DNA from: Paraspadella gotoi
Taxonomy: Eukaryota > Animalia > Chaetognatha
Assembly: GCA_051294375.1 (NCBI GenBank)
Contig: CM119266.1
Coordinates: 23,867,769-23,919,236, forward strand
Reading direction: 5' to 3'
DNA: 51,468 nucleotides
Of the stretch, positions 13,701 to 26,700 are shown in pieces. Below the pieces are notes generated by a model that worked only from the letters and a program-made list of their open reading frames with translations, was not told the origin of the DNA and did not search any database. Position numbers and translations under genes: made by a program. Positions within the stretch are counted from its first letter, which is position 1. Every line of letters begins with the position of its first letter.

Positions 13701-14305
13701 TTAATTTTTAATTTCATTTATTCATATTAATGCATATTTGTTTAAAACTCAGAAATTAAATATTTGATATTCATTTTCCAATAATTTGCTAGAAAATCTG
13801 CATTTTTACGCTGAACCAGTTTATAATTGGTTTATAATTGGACTTTTTTTTCCAACCTTCTTTAACTGTAACTTCGGGATCAGAGAATTAAAACTTCATC
13901 CTCGTCGTCTAATATATCAAGATTCTCTATCGTAAATGTTCAGTACGTTTTTCTTCTCAAACAAGTGCAGGTCATGATCCATTTGAAAAAATTATATTTT
14001 CATTGAACTTGGTTAATTTTTTTTTATTCGTAGCCTCAAATTCAAACCGCTCTATGAAAATCATATAAAATTGTTAAACTAAAACACGATTAATAATTTA
14101 AGATTAACAGAAGGTGACATGAATACTCCACTCGAAAAAAAGACATACTTTAATAAAAATTGAATATTTAATATGACAATTTGAAGAAATGGTTCATATA
14201 CACGTTGGAGATTATTTATGCATATAGGTGTGTCGGCTATTCCTCAATGCATGTGAGAGAGAGAGAGTAGAGAGAAGAAGAGAGAGAGAGAGAGAGAGAG
14301 AAGAG

Positions 14306-14355
<50 letters not shown>

Positions 14356-14602
14356 CTGAGAAAGAACTCTCGAGTCTTTCAGTGTTCGCCTCGGAAATAT
14401 CCGTCGAATCGAGATACTTTCGCTTTTTGGTCGACCGGTTTCGAGAGGCCCTGTTTTCGGTTGAAAACCAGATCATAAAAAAACAGTCCAGATTCTGAAC
14501 CGAAAAATATTTCGCTAGGGCAAAAGGTTCAAGATTGAGAACTGAGAGAATATTTTGTGATCGACTCATTGCCGCTCTTAAATTAATCTTTATTGCCGTT
14601 TT
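9794..14602 (-). repeat. Right arm of the inverted duplication (indel-rich copy, probably low-coverage long-read consensus)
   Basis: Reverse complement of 5536-9680. Nearly identical near the gap, with many 1-2 nt indels beyond ~11000 and a garbled block at ~11520-12090. Confidence 0.93.
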
Positions 14603-16983
14603 CCGAAGAGCGAAGAGAGCGATAATGCAAGCGAAGAGACTTTTGAGAATCGAGGTCAGGACGTGTTATTGCCGTGGGAGGGAGCAAGATGGAATGGTTG
14701 GTGAGTTCAAACAACGGGACGAGGACGACGGGAGACGACGACGTAAACTAGCGCAACCGACAGTGATTTACGAATGTCGGAAGCCGTTTCGCTTATCGGA
14801 GGAAACGACGACGACTTTGTGCAACGATTCTTTCGTTTTTTTTTCCTCCGTAGATAAAGAAATTGGCGCCGATATCTTCTTTCATTGTCGTCGTCGGCGT
14901 CGTTAACCGACGAGCGGCGTCGTAATGCGACAGAACGCGCCGCCACCGACGACGCCGGCGTCTTCCTTCAGCCTCGTCATCGTCGTTAATCTGAACACGT
15001 GACCGACTTAATTGTGTCACGTGAAATCTTTTTAATTGCGTCTCGTCTCCTCGTTTAGCGAAAAAAATTGGAGGCTGAGGTGAATCGGAGGAAAATGGCG
15101 GAGATGACGTCACGGATTCACGGAAAAGAAAACGATGAATTTCACGACGATGAACGATGAATAATGAATTGAATGACGACCGGGCGGAGATTCTTAGCCG
15201 ATTCAAAGTTGACGATGGAACAAATTTAGAGATGTCTTCCAAGTTATGATGGAACAGGATGCATACGTCGCCTATCAGACGCCGGGGATGTTCAGGACGC
15301 AGTTCCCAATTTCTTCGAAGATGAAGCTGACGAGGAAGTTGTAAATAAGGGTTAAAGGTATCATATTTGTAAAATAGTAGGCTAAACTTAAGCGTTCCCG
15401 TATAAAATTATATCGTTTATATATGCTTACAATTTATTCATCCAGTTTTTATTTCTAAATATATTTTCGCCGGTGACAATTGTCTCACCATATGATCGAC
15501 GATGTCTTTGGATCTGGAATCTTGAAAATTGAATCTTCAATTTTTTTTCATTTTGAAGCTTGAATATTAGATCAACATTGTTGGGATCTTTTAGCCGTGA
15601 CAGACGCAGTCAACTGGCGAACGAGAAAAAACAACAATGTCGTTTTTTTTTTCTTTTCATCGTCGTCGTGGTTGTCGCAATCGTCGTCGTCATCATTCCC
15701 GGAATTTCGCAGATGAGGAAATGGAGGTTTTAAAATAATTCATTGAAGATGATGTTTAAATTTTCATCGATTTAAACTGGCTTTAGTTTGTTTTGAAACA
15801 CGCCTCCGAGGAAAAAAAAATCAGGATTATGCATGTTGGTTTCTTTTGTTAATGAATTTAGCGCCATCGACGGTGGATTTCGGCGTCTCGAGGTCAGACG
15901 GATTACGTCAAAAACCGTCTCGCCGTCCAAAACGTGAAGAGAAACAGAGAGAGAACGGGAGAGACTGAGAAAGAGAGAGAGAGATAGAGACAGACGGGCC
16001 ACGGCGGCCGTCGCAGCTGCCTATGGTCGAGAGAGAAGACACGAATGCTGCGCTGCCGCGTCAGTTCGAATCCCTGCCGTTATCGCTGTTGCTCGTCGTC
16101 ATCGCTGCCGTCGCGGAATAGAATCTTTTTTTTAAAGATTCTTTTTTTAAAAAATGACAAAATAAGGAGAAAAAAAACTTGAAACAATCGACGTTGGTTG
16201 AACATTTTATTCTTTTGTATTCTCGTAGCAACAAACAAGAAAAGCGACGTATTCTGTGACACTTATTTCACCTCGAAACGATAAATAACCATGAATCATG
16301 TGTTGGTTCGAAGCTAGAACCTCCTGTCCGCCATTTTTCAATTTTTTCAAGGCTCAACTCATGGATAATAATTTTTCTTTCTAATCATAGTTTAGTATAA
16401 AAAGTTGCTCTGATATTCTGTTTGAGTACTTAGTAGTTGTAACCTAGTAGTTACTTTTTAAAAAATCCCTGTTTCGTAAGGGATAGCCACGTATTAACCA
16501 AATTTCCATCAATAGTTCCTTTTTCCATAAATATTATTCACTTATAATATCTTTGATTTTAAAGGAATCTAACTTAATTTATTTTCTTAATGTTTTTGGG
16601 TGTCCTGTTTTTTTTTTTTTTGCATAGGACTGTATATAATATTTTGGTTTTTTTACATACTACGTCGTTTTTTTAATTCTCAGGGTTTGATAACCAAATT
16701 TTTGGAAACGAAGCGTCATACTTGGACTTTTCAAAAAAATTTTAGAGAAAAAAAATTGGCATTACGACCGTCGACCAGCTGTCGACGATGGAGTAAAAGC
16801 CAAGATATTTGTAATTTGGGGTTTTTTTAAACTAGAAACCTAATTTGGTTTGTATGTATTATCAGAATTTCTTTGAAAAAATTTTAAAAAGTTCTTAAGT
16901 AAGGATATTTTAGTTTAACAATTGAAAGATTTATTTTTACCTGTAACGCATTGCAATGTTTTCGTTTAAGATTCCAGTTTTTT

Positions 16984-17072
16984 ATGAAATTGGTACAGCC
17001 AATATAGAAATTATCCATTCATTTAATAAAAAGCTATCCTGCCCCTGACTTTGGACAGGCTTTGGTGGTTTA
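16984..17072 (+). repeat. ~90-bp dispersed repeat, copy 1 (probable transposon remnant)
   Basis: ttatccattcatttaataaaaagctatcctgcccctgactttggacaggctttggtggttta matches 18639-18728 with a few substitutions. Confidence 0.85.
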
Positions 17073-17610
17073 TATTGGTTGAGTTTGATATTGCTTTTGT
17101 TTATTTTTTATAATGGGCGAGCGAAGAATCGCAATACAGTGCACGAATGAAAAAGAAAAACTTTGTTTTTTTATTTCAAGGATGTACTGAAAGGTTTCCG
17201 ATTAAGTAAACTTCCTTTTTTTCTCTTCTGGTATTAAGCATTAAGTAGGTTGCTTAAAAAATCCTGCCAAATACAAAATTTAGCTCTCTTGCAATTTTTC
17301 TGTTTCTCTGATAAAAAAAAAAATATACAAAAACGGAAATGACACGATTATATACGAGTGAAAGAAGAATTATAAAATAAAAAGAAAACAAAAATAAATA
17401 AAATACAATAGGGAAAAATAAGGGAAACTTATTACGTGAGAAGAAGGCGATGATCTGGTTGCGAAATCAAGTTGTGAGATTAGAGGCTGGAGTAGTTGTG
17501 TCTGGTGAGTCGGTGACCGAGGTGAGTTTGAAGTTAACGACGAAGGCGGAAGTTGCGGCGGACTTTGATCTTTAAAGGATATCGACGCGCTTATGATAGT
17601 CACGTGACGC

Positions 17611-17694
<84 letters not shown>

Positions 17695-18444
17695 AAAGAA
17701 AGAGAGAAAGATAGAGTCAATCAGAAATCGCATAACCTGCAAAAAGTAAAAGAAGAGACCTGGAAAAAAATATAAAAAATTATAAAGACGATGAAATAAA
17801 GTCAAATAAAATAATAACAAAATAGAATCTAAATCTAAATCTTTGTAAATAAAAAACAAAAAAATTAAAGATAGTGAAACAAGTAATTTATAGAATATTA
17901 CATTATATTTTTAAAAAAAATAAAATGTATAAAAAATTGATATTGATATAAAAAAATTACAATGCTATTGGAAAAAAATTGTTCTGCTGTTTTGTTTTGA
18001 TAGAAAAAAAATCCGAAATCTGTGCTGAGAGAGTAATCCTGTTGATTCATCCGATCAGATTAAATTTATATTTAAATCCAAGTTAAGATTGTTCGTAATC
18101 TAGTATTAACATCGCTATCAGTTTTTTTTTCCTTCAATCGTTATGGATTTTGGTCCAGTTCTTTGATGCTAATTTTAAATTTTGTTAACGATGTGGCGAA
18201 GAATTCGTTGTAACGGTTTCGCTATTTTTCGGCGAAGATATACTCAAAATGAAAAAAATAATTCGATACATTAATAAGTATGATTAGCTAAAAATGTGAC
18301 GGTGCACCCAATGTCGGAGAGAAGGCGTTTCGATGCGACGGCGACGCTAATTCCGACGAGACGATTCGACGCTACTTCAGCGATCTGCGGAGGAGACGCG
18401 TCCACGAACCACGACGGGAATCAAAAGACTGAAGCTGGAGCGAG

Positions 18445-18486
<42 letters not shown>

Positions 18487-18638
18487 GCCAAGACAGGATG
18501 TTACGAGGTTGGACACTACCGGACCAAATTCCAAAGAGGCAAACCAGCAGTACTAAACCACACTTTTTGACTCATAAACTTTTACAAACAATTTTTTTTA
18601 TATTTAAAATTAATCTTTTAATAATAGTCACTTTCCCT

Positions 18639-18728
18639 ATGAATTTGGGACAAACAATATAAAATTTATCCATTCATTTAATAAATAAGCTATCTTGCCT
18701 CTGACTTTGGACAGGCTTTGGTGGTTTA
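18639..18728 (+). repeat. ~90-bp dispersed repeat, copy 2
   Basis: ttatccattcatttaataaataagctatcttgcctctgactttggacaggctttggtggttta; same orientation as copy 1 and not next to a gap. Confidence 0.85.
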
Positions 18729-19901
18729 AGGCCTCCATCACTCTTACAAGGTAATGACATAGCAGGTCCCTGCAAGCTTTCAAGCTTTGAAATATTGAAA
18801 TATTTCAAAGAATGTTTCAATTGTATGAAAAGACCACTCTCTTGTACTATTTACAAAGAAGATTAATTTTTTTACTTATACTACCTATACTACTATATTT
18901 AAAAATATAGCATAGTTTTTTGAGTACATAATACATATGCTTTTTGTAAAAACGACTTAAAGGAACCCTCTTAATTCGGTAGTGACTAAAAAGGGGGTTT
19001 TTACTACAAGTCTTAGTACGTGGATAAGGGGGATATATAATGTGGATAACGGGCGGTTTTGAACCCATTTCCAGGCAGCTGCTTCCATTTATGGTTTCTA
19101 ACGTCAAGACGCCGAGTCCGACGGCGAGTGTGAAAGGGGTGGTCGCAACGAGGGGTGGTGACTTACCATTGGTTTGCTGGTGAGGGAGCGGAATGAAGGA
19201 AAAATATTGAGAGTGAAATGGGGGAGTGAAAAAAAAATTGAAGTTTATGAAAGTCAAACAAAGAGATGAGTAGTGTAACCAAAGGCCAGTGAAAGGGTGA
19301 AAAGCCGACTTTACAAGGGTGAACCTCGAAAAGGTGATAATCGGAGTGGCGAAACAGTCGAAGGAGGGTAAACCCCCCCCCCAGTTTTTCGGAAAGAGAG
19401 TGAAAAGGAGAGAAAGAAAAGAAAAGAAAAATTCGAAGTTAAAATCAGCGCCGAGCTTTTATGGCCGATAAGAGGCGCCGGCCGAGCCATTCTCGATATA
19501 ACCGAAGAGAAAATTAAAAGCCTCCCTTTAATGGGCACTTTGGAAAAAAAAAAAGAAAGAGAAAACGAGGCTACTATTTTTTTCTTTTTACTTTCAGGGC
19601 GCAGTTTCGGCGATCGACTAGCTTTTTTTTAACAAACAAACAAACTTTATATTTTTGATACCGCGAGGAACGTTCCCTCTTCCAGAAGCCGAAACGAAGG
19701 AGCGAGGGCGAGTGAGAGAGAGAGAGAGCGGATTGGAATCAAACGTTTTTCTCGACGCCGGTTATGGCCACGAATACAAGTTTTATTGCGGCAATTTATG
19801 CGGCAATTACTGTCGGTCAGTAATAACTAGTTAGTTTTATTGATCGCATTTAGAATTTTGATGTGGCCATTGGGATCCGAGAAACGAGGCGATTCGACGG
19901 C

Positions 19902-20035
<134 letters not shown>

Positions 20036-20259
20036 CTGGGGTGGCCTGGTAACGGAAGCGAAGAGTGATCGGTAAACAAACAAGGATCCGACAAAATGTT
20101 TTCAAGGTTACCTCGTACAAGATGATAAGTTGAAATTCGTCACTACCTCACATTATACATATAATTATTCGGTTTCACATCCAAGTCGCCTTTCTACCAC
20201 TCCGTCGTAACAAAAATCGCCACTCTCGCCACCCCGACGCCGCGTCATCCGCCGCCGAC

Positions 20260-20329
20260 GCCGCCGCTGCCGTCGCCGACGCCGCCGCTGCCGTCGCCGA
20301 CGCCGCCGCTGCCGTCGCCGACGCCGCCG
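20260..20329 (+). repeat. GC-rich minisatellite, 21-bp unit x3.3
   Basis: gccgccgctgccgtcgccgac repeated exactly at 20260, 20281 and 20302, followed by a partial unit. Confidence 0.95.
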
Positions 20330-23300
20330 GCGCGGAAGGACAATTTTCGAGCCTCCTTCGATTTACGGCAGTTTGGCGCCATTAAATGAGGACGGCGGGG
20401 TTACGCCCGACCGGATTGCCTCCACTCTCCCTCCGCGCCGGGAAACGACGCCACTCCAACTCAACCGCCGCCATCTATCGGTTATAGACAAAATTTAAGA
20501 AAAGACTGTTCTCGATCGTCATGAATTTTTTTGATGTGAGTTTATTTTCGATCGCCGCTTTCGAGGAAAGGTTCCCAGATGCTTTTTTTCCCTCAATATT
20601 CGTGTTAAATTTCCAAGAAACTCTCACACTCTATCTCTCTCTCTTCTCGCTCTCTCTCCCTCACCCTCAGAACGCGAAAACGCCATTTCGTTCCGGCGAA
20701 GGAGGTAATATTTTCAGTCAAACAACTCGGGATTTGCAATAACAATAAAGAAGGGGACCACGACGGCGTGGAAACGAGGCGGCGGAAACGACCCCGCCCC
20801 GGCGCCGACGACGCCAACGACGTCGCCGCCGCCGACGACGCCCATAAACGACGCCGTTTGAGTCTCAATAAAGTTGTGGAGTCCTTGACAAAAGGAGGGG
20901 AATATGTACGGAGAGAGCGGCGAGGCTTTGGCTGGCGAAAGTCAGAGATGGAGACGAAGAAAGAACGAAAGAGAGAGAGCGAGAGGATGTTTATATACGT
21001 AGACGTCAGTGAAAATCGGTAGTCACGGATGAGGAAGTATAAGGAAGTATAAGGAAGAAGAGATAACCGTAACAAGAAGCGGTAATAACATTTCTTTTAT
21101 TATTATTATTATTTTTTTTTTTTTGTAAATCGAAATGTTCTATTAGTATTTTTTCGTCTTCATAAAATCTTCATCAACAGATTTTAGGAAAAAAAATATT
21201 AAATTTAAATTTAATTAATTTAATAAGAAAAACATAACAATGTTATTTTATTATTTTAGTAATTTTTTTTGGATTTTAAACTTTAAACTAGTATGATTGA
21301 AAAGAATGTTTTGTTCGAAGTTAAAATGGAGAAGATATAATAGACAAAAGGGAAGGTTTCAGTACTTCCGACATCTTTAGGGTTTTTAGGGAAGCTTTGA
21401 AAAAAAGATCATCGTGATGCATTACGCTATAAATTTCTCAATGAAAAAAAAAACGTTGTTGTAAACATTTCAAAAGTCTCTTCTAAATCAATTAACACAA
21501 CGAAAGAAAGTATTACACAATAATAACTCTGCCCTTTAATAAAATTTGGTTTTGGCGTTAATACGGAATAATTAAATAAGTAAGGCGGGATTTTCTTTTC
21601 CAAAGTTACTTTTTTACCGCTTCCCCAGTTTTTTTTTCTTTTTTTAGAAAATTTTGTTCTTAACACACTTTTAAAATATTATCTATGAAAATTGCAAAAT
21701 GAATTGTTTTACTTTAGTAAATAAACTAAATTGTAAAAAAAATTGAAGAAGCATTTCAACGATTTACTATTTATATTTGTATTATATTGTGTTCACTCAA
21801 GGACAGTTCCGAAGACCATGAACCGTAGTACAAAATAATCACAGTAAAATCACAGTAAAACAGTTTTCTACTAAAGACAGGGAAATCTATTTAGTACAAA
21901 ACAGTATATTGTATTTAAACTTGAATCAACTGAAATCTTTCTGGAGCTGGATTTTTGAAACAATTTTTCTGCACTAAAAAAGGCACTGTATCCTAAATAA
22001 AAAGAAATAAATTTAAAAAAATTAAAGTTTTTTTTTCTGGAAAGAAAATAAATGGACAAAAAATTTATGTTTTCGCGAGAACGAAAGGTGTAACAATTGT
22101 GAATAATAAGTGTTGTGAGGAACAAAGTCAAATTCGAATAGAGAATCGAGCTTTATTTTTATCTAATATTTAAAATATTTATTTCTTTATTATGGGAAAG
22201 GTACAGTTAAACTTGTTTATCAAGTTAGTTGGTAGGGTCGCGTCCCGATTTATGAGTAGATTGGCGTTTCTCCTTTGTAGCGCTATGGAGAGACGCTGAA
22301 AAAAGTATTTGCACTCCAAGGCGTTTCTAAGTAGTAAAAGTATAAGTAGTAAAATAATAAACGGTAATGAATCGGAATATTTACCAGAATAAGCTCCGCA
22401 CCGAAACAAAATTTGTCTGCTGAACGCTATGACATCTGACGGTAGGTTAGGCATGCATTAAAGAACAGAAGAACTCCCAGACTAATCTAACAAACGAATT
22501 AAATTTTAGAGCTTTAAACTTTGCTTTCGATTAATTCTTAGAAGTAAATATCACGACCGAGGTTTTACGAATAACGTGTATTTTCGATGGTATGAGTTAA
22601 TCGCGTGAACTGAGTAATTTTGGGTTTGTGGGAGATAAAAAGTGACAAAATTTGAATAACACGATTTATTTTATTCATCATGCTAACTTCCTTCAGCAAA
22701 GCGTAGATCATCATCCTTTTCTTTTTTTATTTCTGTTAAGTTAAAAAATGCGCTTAATACTAGGGTTAATTTAATTACAACAATTAGACTCTAATTTAGA
22801 GGGAGCTGCATTCGTCTCCTTTGAATGATTCCGATTGGTTGATATTCATTCAGCGACTGTACTTTTGTCGAGATAAGATGGCCTCCGCTTGAAAGCGTAA
22901 CTATCGAGTTCCCGTTGAAAAGTGAAAAAATTAACAAAAGACAGAGTTTTCTTTCGTGAACTTTGAGCGTTTTCGAATCTGTTAAAATAATAATTATTGT
23001 TTTATTTAATTTTCTCAAGGTAAATTTTACATAAAAAAAGCAAAGTTATAAACATTTTAAATCGTTATTTGATATTTTCGTAGTCTTTTACAGTTAACGA
23101 AGCAATAGTTTTGAGGTCTGTCTCTCGCTCGGTCTCTCTCAGAAATTACTCAGAGTCAGACTCTCACTCTCAGTCTCAGTCGGACGTCGTCTCTCCCCGA
23201 CGAATAATAACGGGGCAATAAAATTCGGCTTTTGTGGCTGCCGGTCGCCGCCAGTCCCTGCCGGTCCCTGCCGGTACATCCTCTATAGTGACCGTCAGCG

Positions 23301-23429
23301 CTGGCCGGTCAGAGGCGTTGGAACCGCGGAGGATGTGAGGAGCCGACGAAGGGCGGCGCCGACTCAAGTCCAACGATTCAAAGGACGCCGACGCCGACAT
23401 CAAAAGCACCGGCGTCGTGGCGCTGGAAT

Positions 23430-23518
<89 letters not shown>

Positions 23519-23705
23519 TGGAATAGAGAATAATGGTGCTAGAGAGATGATCTTCGAGACGCCATGGGTCCACTCTCTGTATTAGACATCGTCTCGTCTT
23601 TGGCGTCGACTTGGTGTTGTTTTCTATTATTATACAGACATTTATAAGTAAGATAGATAAATATATCGAAAAGATAGTTGTTAAAAGATTTTAAAAAAGA
23701 TTGAA

Positions 23706-23788
<83 letters not shown>

Positions 23789-24524
23789 TACGCTTCAGAC
23801 ACCGAAGTTGAACAGAATTGTACCACCTTGAATTTTGCCCCGTTCACTGAGCAGAAGGCGACAGATATTACCCTCGCTGTTCGTCTGGTTTATGATTTTA
23901 TTGCCCCGAACTCGGAGAGATTCCAGCCGGGCTCATTTGCCCTGAATTCACTCCTGCACAGAATCCACTCCGGTACTGAATTCACTCGGGTCCCGAAAGT
24001 CGACTTTGACTTCGCGTGGGTCGACTGCCCTTCAGTCACCGACAGTAACTAACATCGCTGCTCATTTGTTGTCCTCCACCGATGCCCGTCAAACTCAAAG
24101 TTGTCGACTTCAGTGACAAAACTGTACAAAAGCGGAAAAGTAAAGAAGTAAAGCTTGTCAGCTTTAAAAATAAAATATAGTTATGCAGTGGCTTATGCAA
24201 CCTCGCCCTATTCTTGTTTTGATCATGTTAGTCCTTTGTTGAAGCCTCATACAGGGATCTCATTTGCATTCTCGCATTTAGTCCATAAGAGGGCACTATA
24301 CATTAATATTGATTATTGTAAATTAACAGGAAAAAAATTTTTAGTACTTTATTCCATTTTTAATCGCATATATTTTTTTTTGTAGGCGTTTTAAAAATAA
24401 TTTTACATAGTTATTTTTAAATAGGCTTTAATTCTAAAAGCATTGAAACCCATATATTTTTTAAATATACTGATATTGTTCGTTTCGTAGCAGACTATAA
24501 AAACTAATTGAAAAATTAACAGTC

Positions 24525-24686
24525 ATACTTACCTGGCTCAGAGGACACCTTGATCATCAAGGAGGTTCCTTCAGGGCGAGGCCCTTCCATTGCACTTCGG
24601 TTGGGCTGACCCTTGCGATTTCCCCAAATGTGGGAAACTCGGGAGCATAATTTCTGACAGTGGGGTCTGCGTTCGCGCTAACCCCT
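24525..24686 (+). ncRNA. U1: U1 spliceosomal snRNA
   Basis: Starts ATACTTACCTG (5' splice-site pairing sequence); U1A loop CATTGCAC; stem-loop III GATTTCCCCAAATGTGGGAAACTC; Sm site AATTTCTG (24649-24656); terminal GGGGT-CTGCG-TTCG-CGCTA-ACCCC hairpin; length ~162 nt. Helix H is GCTC/GAGC, compensated relative to vertebrate GCAG/CTGC. Confidence 0.97.
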
Positions 24687-25987
24687 TATAAGAAAGTTAC
24701 GATTAACCCAGACGCAAAAAAAATGCATATCTAAAGACAATCTCATTCATTAATCTCCCGCCAAGACGGCTCGTGGGTGGAGCTCTCTGAAGCGATGCGC
24801 TCGCCCCCATAGCCTGGTCGAACTTCTCCCCGACGCGTTACGTCATCAACCGGTCGTTGCATTCATCGTCGTCGTCGTAAAACCAGTCGTTTAGGTAACG
24901 AGAATCCCGCCTTCACTACGCCTTTACTAACCCTTACTCGCCTTCTTTAACTCCCTCGGTTCGACATTCATTACTGTCCGCCTCTCCTGACGCGAATGTG
25001 AGCAGCCGTCGTCGTCGTTGTCGTCGTCGTCGTAGTGGTCATCCTCGTTGCCGACGTCGTAATCGTCGAGAAAATTTGACCTTTCCCCCGCTTCGCTGAC
25101 GTCATCAGTATCTCTGAAATCGCACAGAAATCACGTTCAATCATGACAATATTTCAGTCACCGCGTTTTCGGCTCGTTGAGTTAAAATTCAAGAATGTTT
25201 AACAATCTTTTTGATGAAACCAATACATTTTTTTCAAACCGAAAATTGTTATCGGCAACCTGGTCGTTTCAACAAATTCCAACAGCAGTTATAGCTTGCA
25301 TTTAGCAACCCCAAAGCTCCCCTCGATTATCCTAGAGAGATTCTCCTCGGCCATGTGGTCGAGCGTGGGACCGACCGACCGACCTATCGACCGACACTAC
25401 GAGGCTACGGGTCGTTCTCGGGGTTCGAAGGCCGCCCCAAAGCCCGAAGCCCGCGCGGCCCGGCATAAATTGATCTTTTATTGCTCTTTGACTCGGAGAC
25501 CGATGACGTTTATTACCACATCAGAGTCGCTGTTCGGCGTAGCCTCTTCTTTTCCGGAGGAGGGGGGGGGAGAGAAACAGTCTGGATCGGACTTCTGTCA
25601 TGTAAAACGAAACAATGATTTGTAAATTTTCTGAATTTCTATGAAAGTGATGAACTCAAATTTTAGAAATAACAGATGAGCGAAACACTATCTTTAAATT
25701 TATTCTTGACAAATTTCCACGTTTTAAAATTCATGTCCAGTTGTCCACTAACAATGTAAAAATTTTTTTACGACAATTTATACTACAACCAAGCCAAGAT
25801 AAGTTGAGTGAACCTTCGTGGAACTTTGGAGGGCGGCAACGTGTTTACCGGACTGTGACAATACTGCTAAGTGAGTCGCTTTGAAAATCAGTGACTGCTG
25901 TTTCAGATTTTGCTGATGTCGAAGTCTCAGCTGCGCGGCTGTCTCTCTCTCTCTCTCTCTCCATCTCCTCTCTCTCTCTCTTCTCTC

Positions 25988-26051
<64 letters not shown>

Positions 26052-26375
26052 TCTTTCCCGCTCTCTTTCGGCAAAACGCGTAGTCAAACATTCCACAATG
26101 AGACCGAGTTTGAATTATGGCTCATTTTTGCCCTTTCGAAACGACCGTTTTCGAGATAAAAGCACTTCAAAGCAAAAATATTGATCATGACATTGATAGG
26201 TGGATATTAATTGCGCCAGTAATCTAAATCGAAACGATTTCTCTCCTCCCACCGAGTTCGCTTGTTATTGAGTACGTTTCCAAAGTTACCAAGGTGTGTT
26301 CATTAACTTAATAGTTTTGAGTATTGGAAACTCGGGAGGTTACTTTTTGTCAAAGATTTGTGAAAATAGGATGAA

Positions 26376-26406
26376 AAAAGAAAGAAGAAGAAAAGAAAGA
26401 AAGAAA

Positions 26407-26443
<37 letters not shown>

Positions 26444-26480
26444 AAAGAAAGAAAGAAAGAAAGAAAAAAGAAAGAAAAAA
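26376..26480 (+). repeat. (GAAA)n microsatellite
   Basis: Imperfect aaag/gaaa tetranucleotide run; second copy at ~31736-31830. Confidence 0.93.
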
Positions 26481-26623
26481 CTAAAAAAAGAAAAAGATTC
26501 AAATTGAAGGGAGGACCGCGTGTTACCCAAGCAAAAAAAAAAAAAACTCACTCAGTCTCGAAGGTGATTTTCCAGAATAAAAAAAAAAACGTTTAGAAGA
26601 GTCGAGGAATACGACGACATCGA

Positions 26624-26643
26624 TAAATGATAATGATAATGAT

Positions 26644-26678
<35 letters not shown>

Positions 26679-26700
26679 AATAATGATGATAATGATGATA
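26624..26700 (+). repeat. (GAT)n/(AAT)n microsatellite
   Basis: tgatgatgat... run; also present in repeat copies 2 and 3. Confidence 0.93.

Noticed and set aside
20260-20329. CRISPR-like or coding interpretation of short tandem repeats (also 50198-50245)
   Set aside because: No unique spacers, eukaryotic context, and no supported exon.
22261-22299. Hairpin ttggcgtttctcc...ggagagacgctga
   Set aside because: A 13-bp stem with several G-U pairs is too short for a pre-miRNA and has no other support.
24429-24449. PSE-like taattctaaaagcattgaaac upstream of U1
   Set aside because: At about -96 it is further upstream than typical PSEs, and PSE sequences are lineage-specific, so it cannot be called without other snRNA loci.
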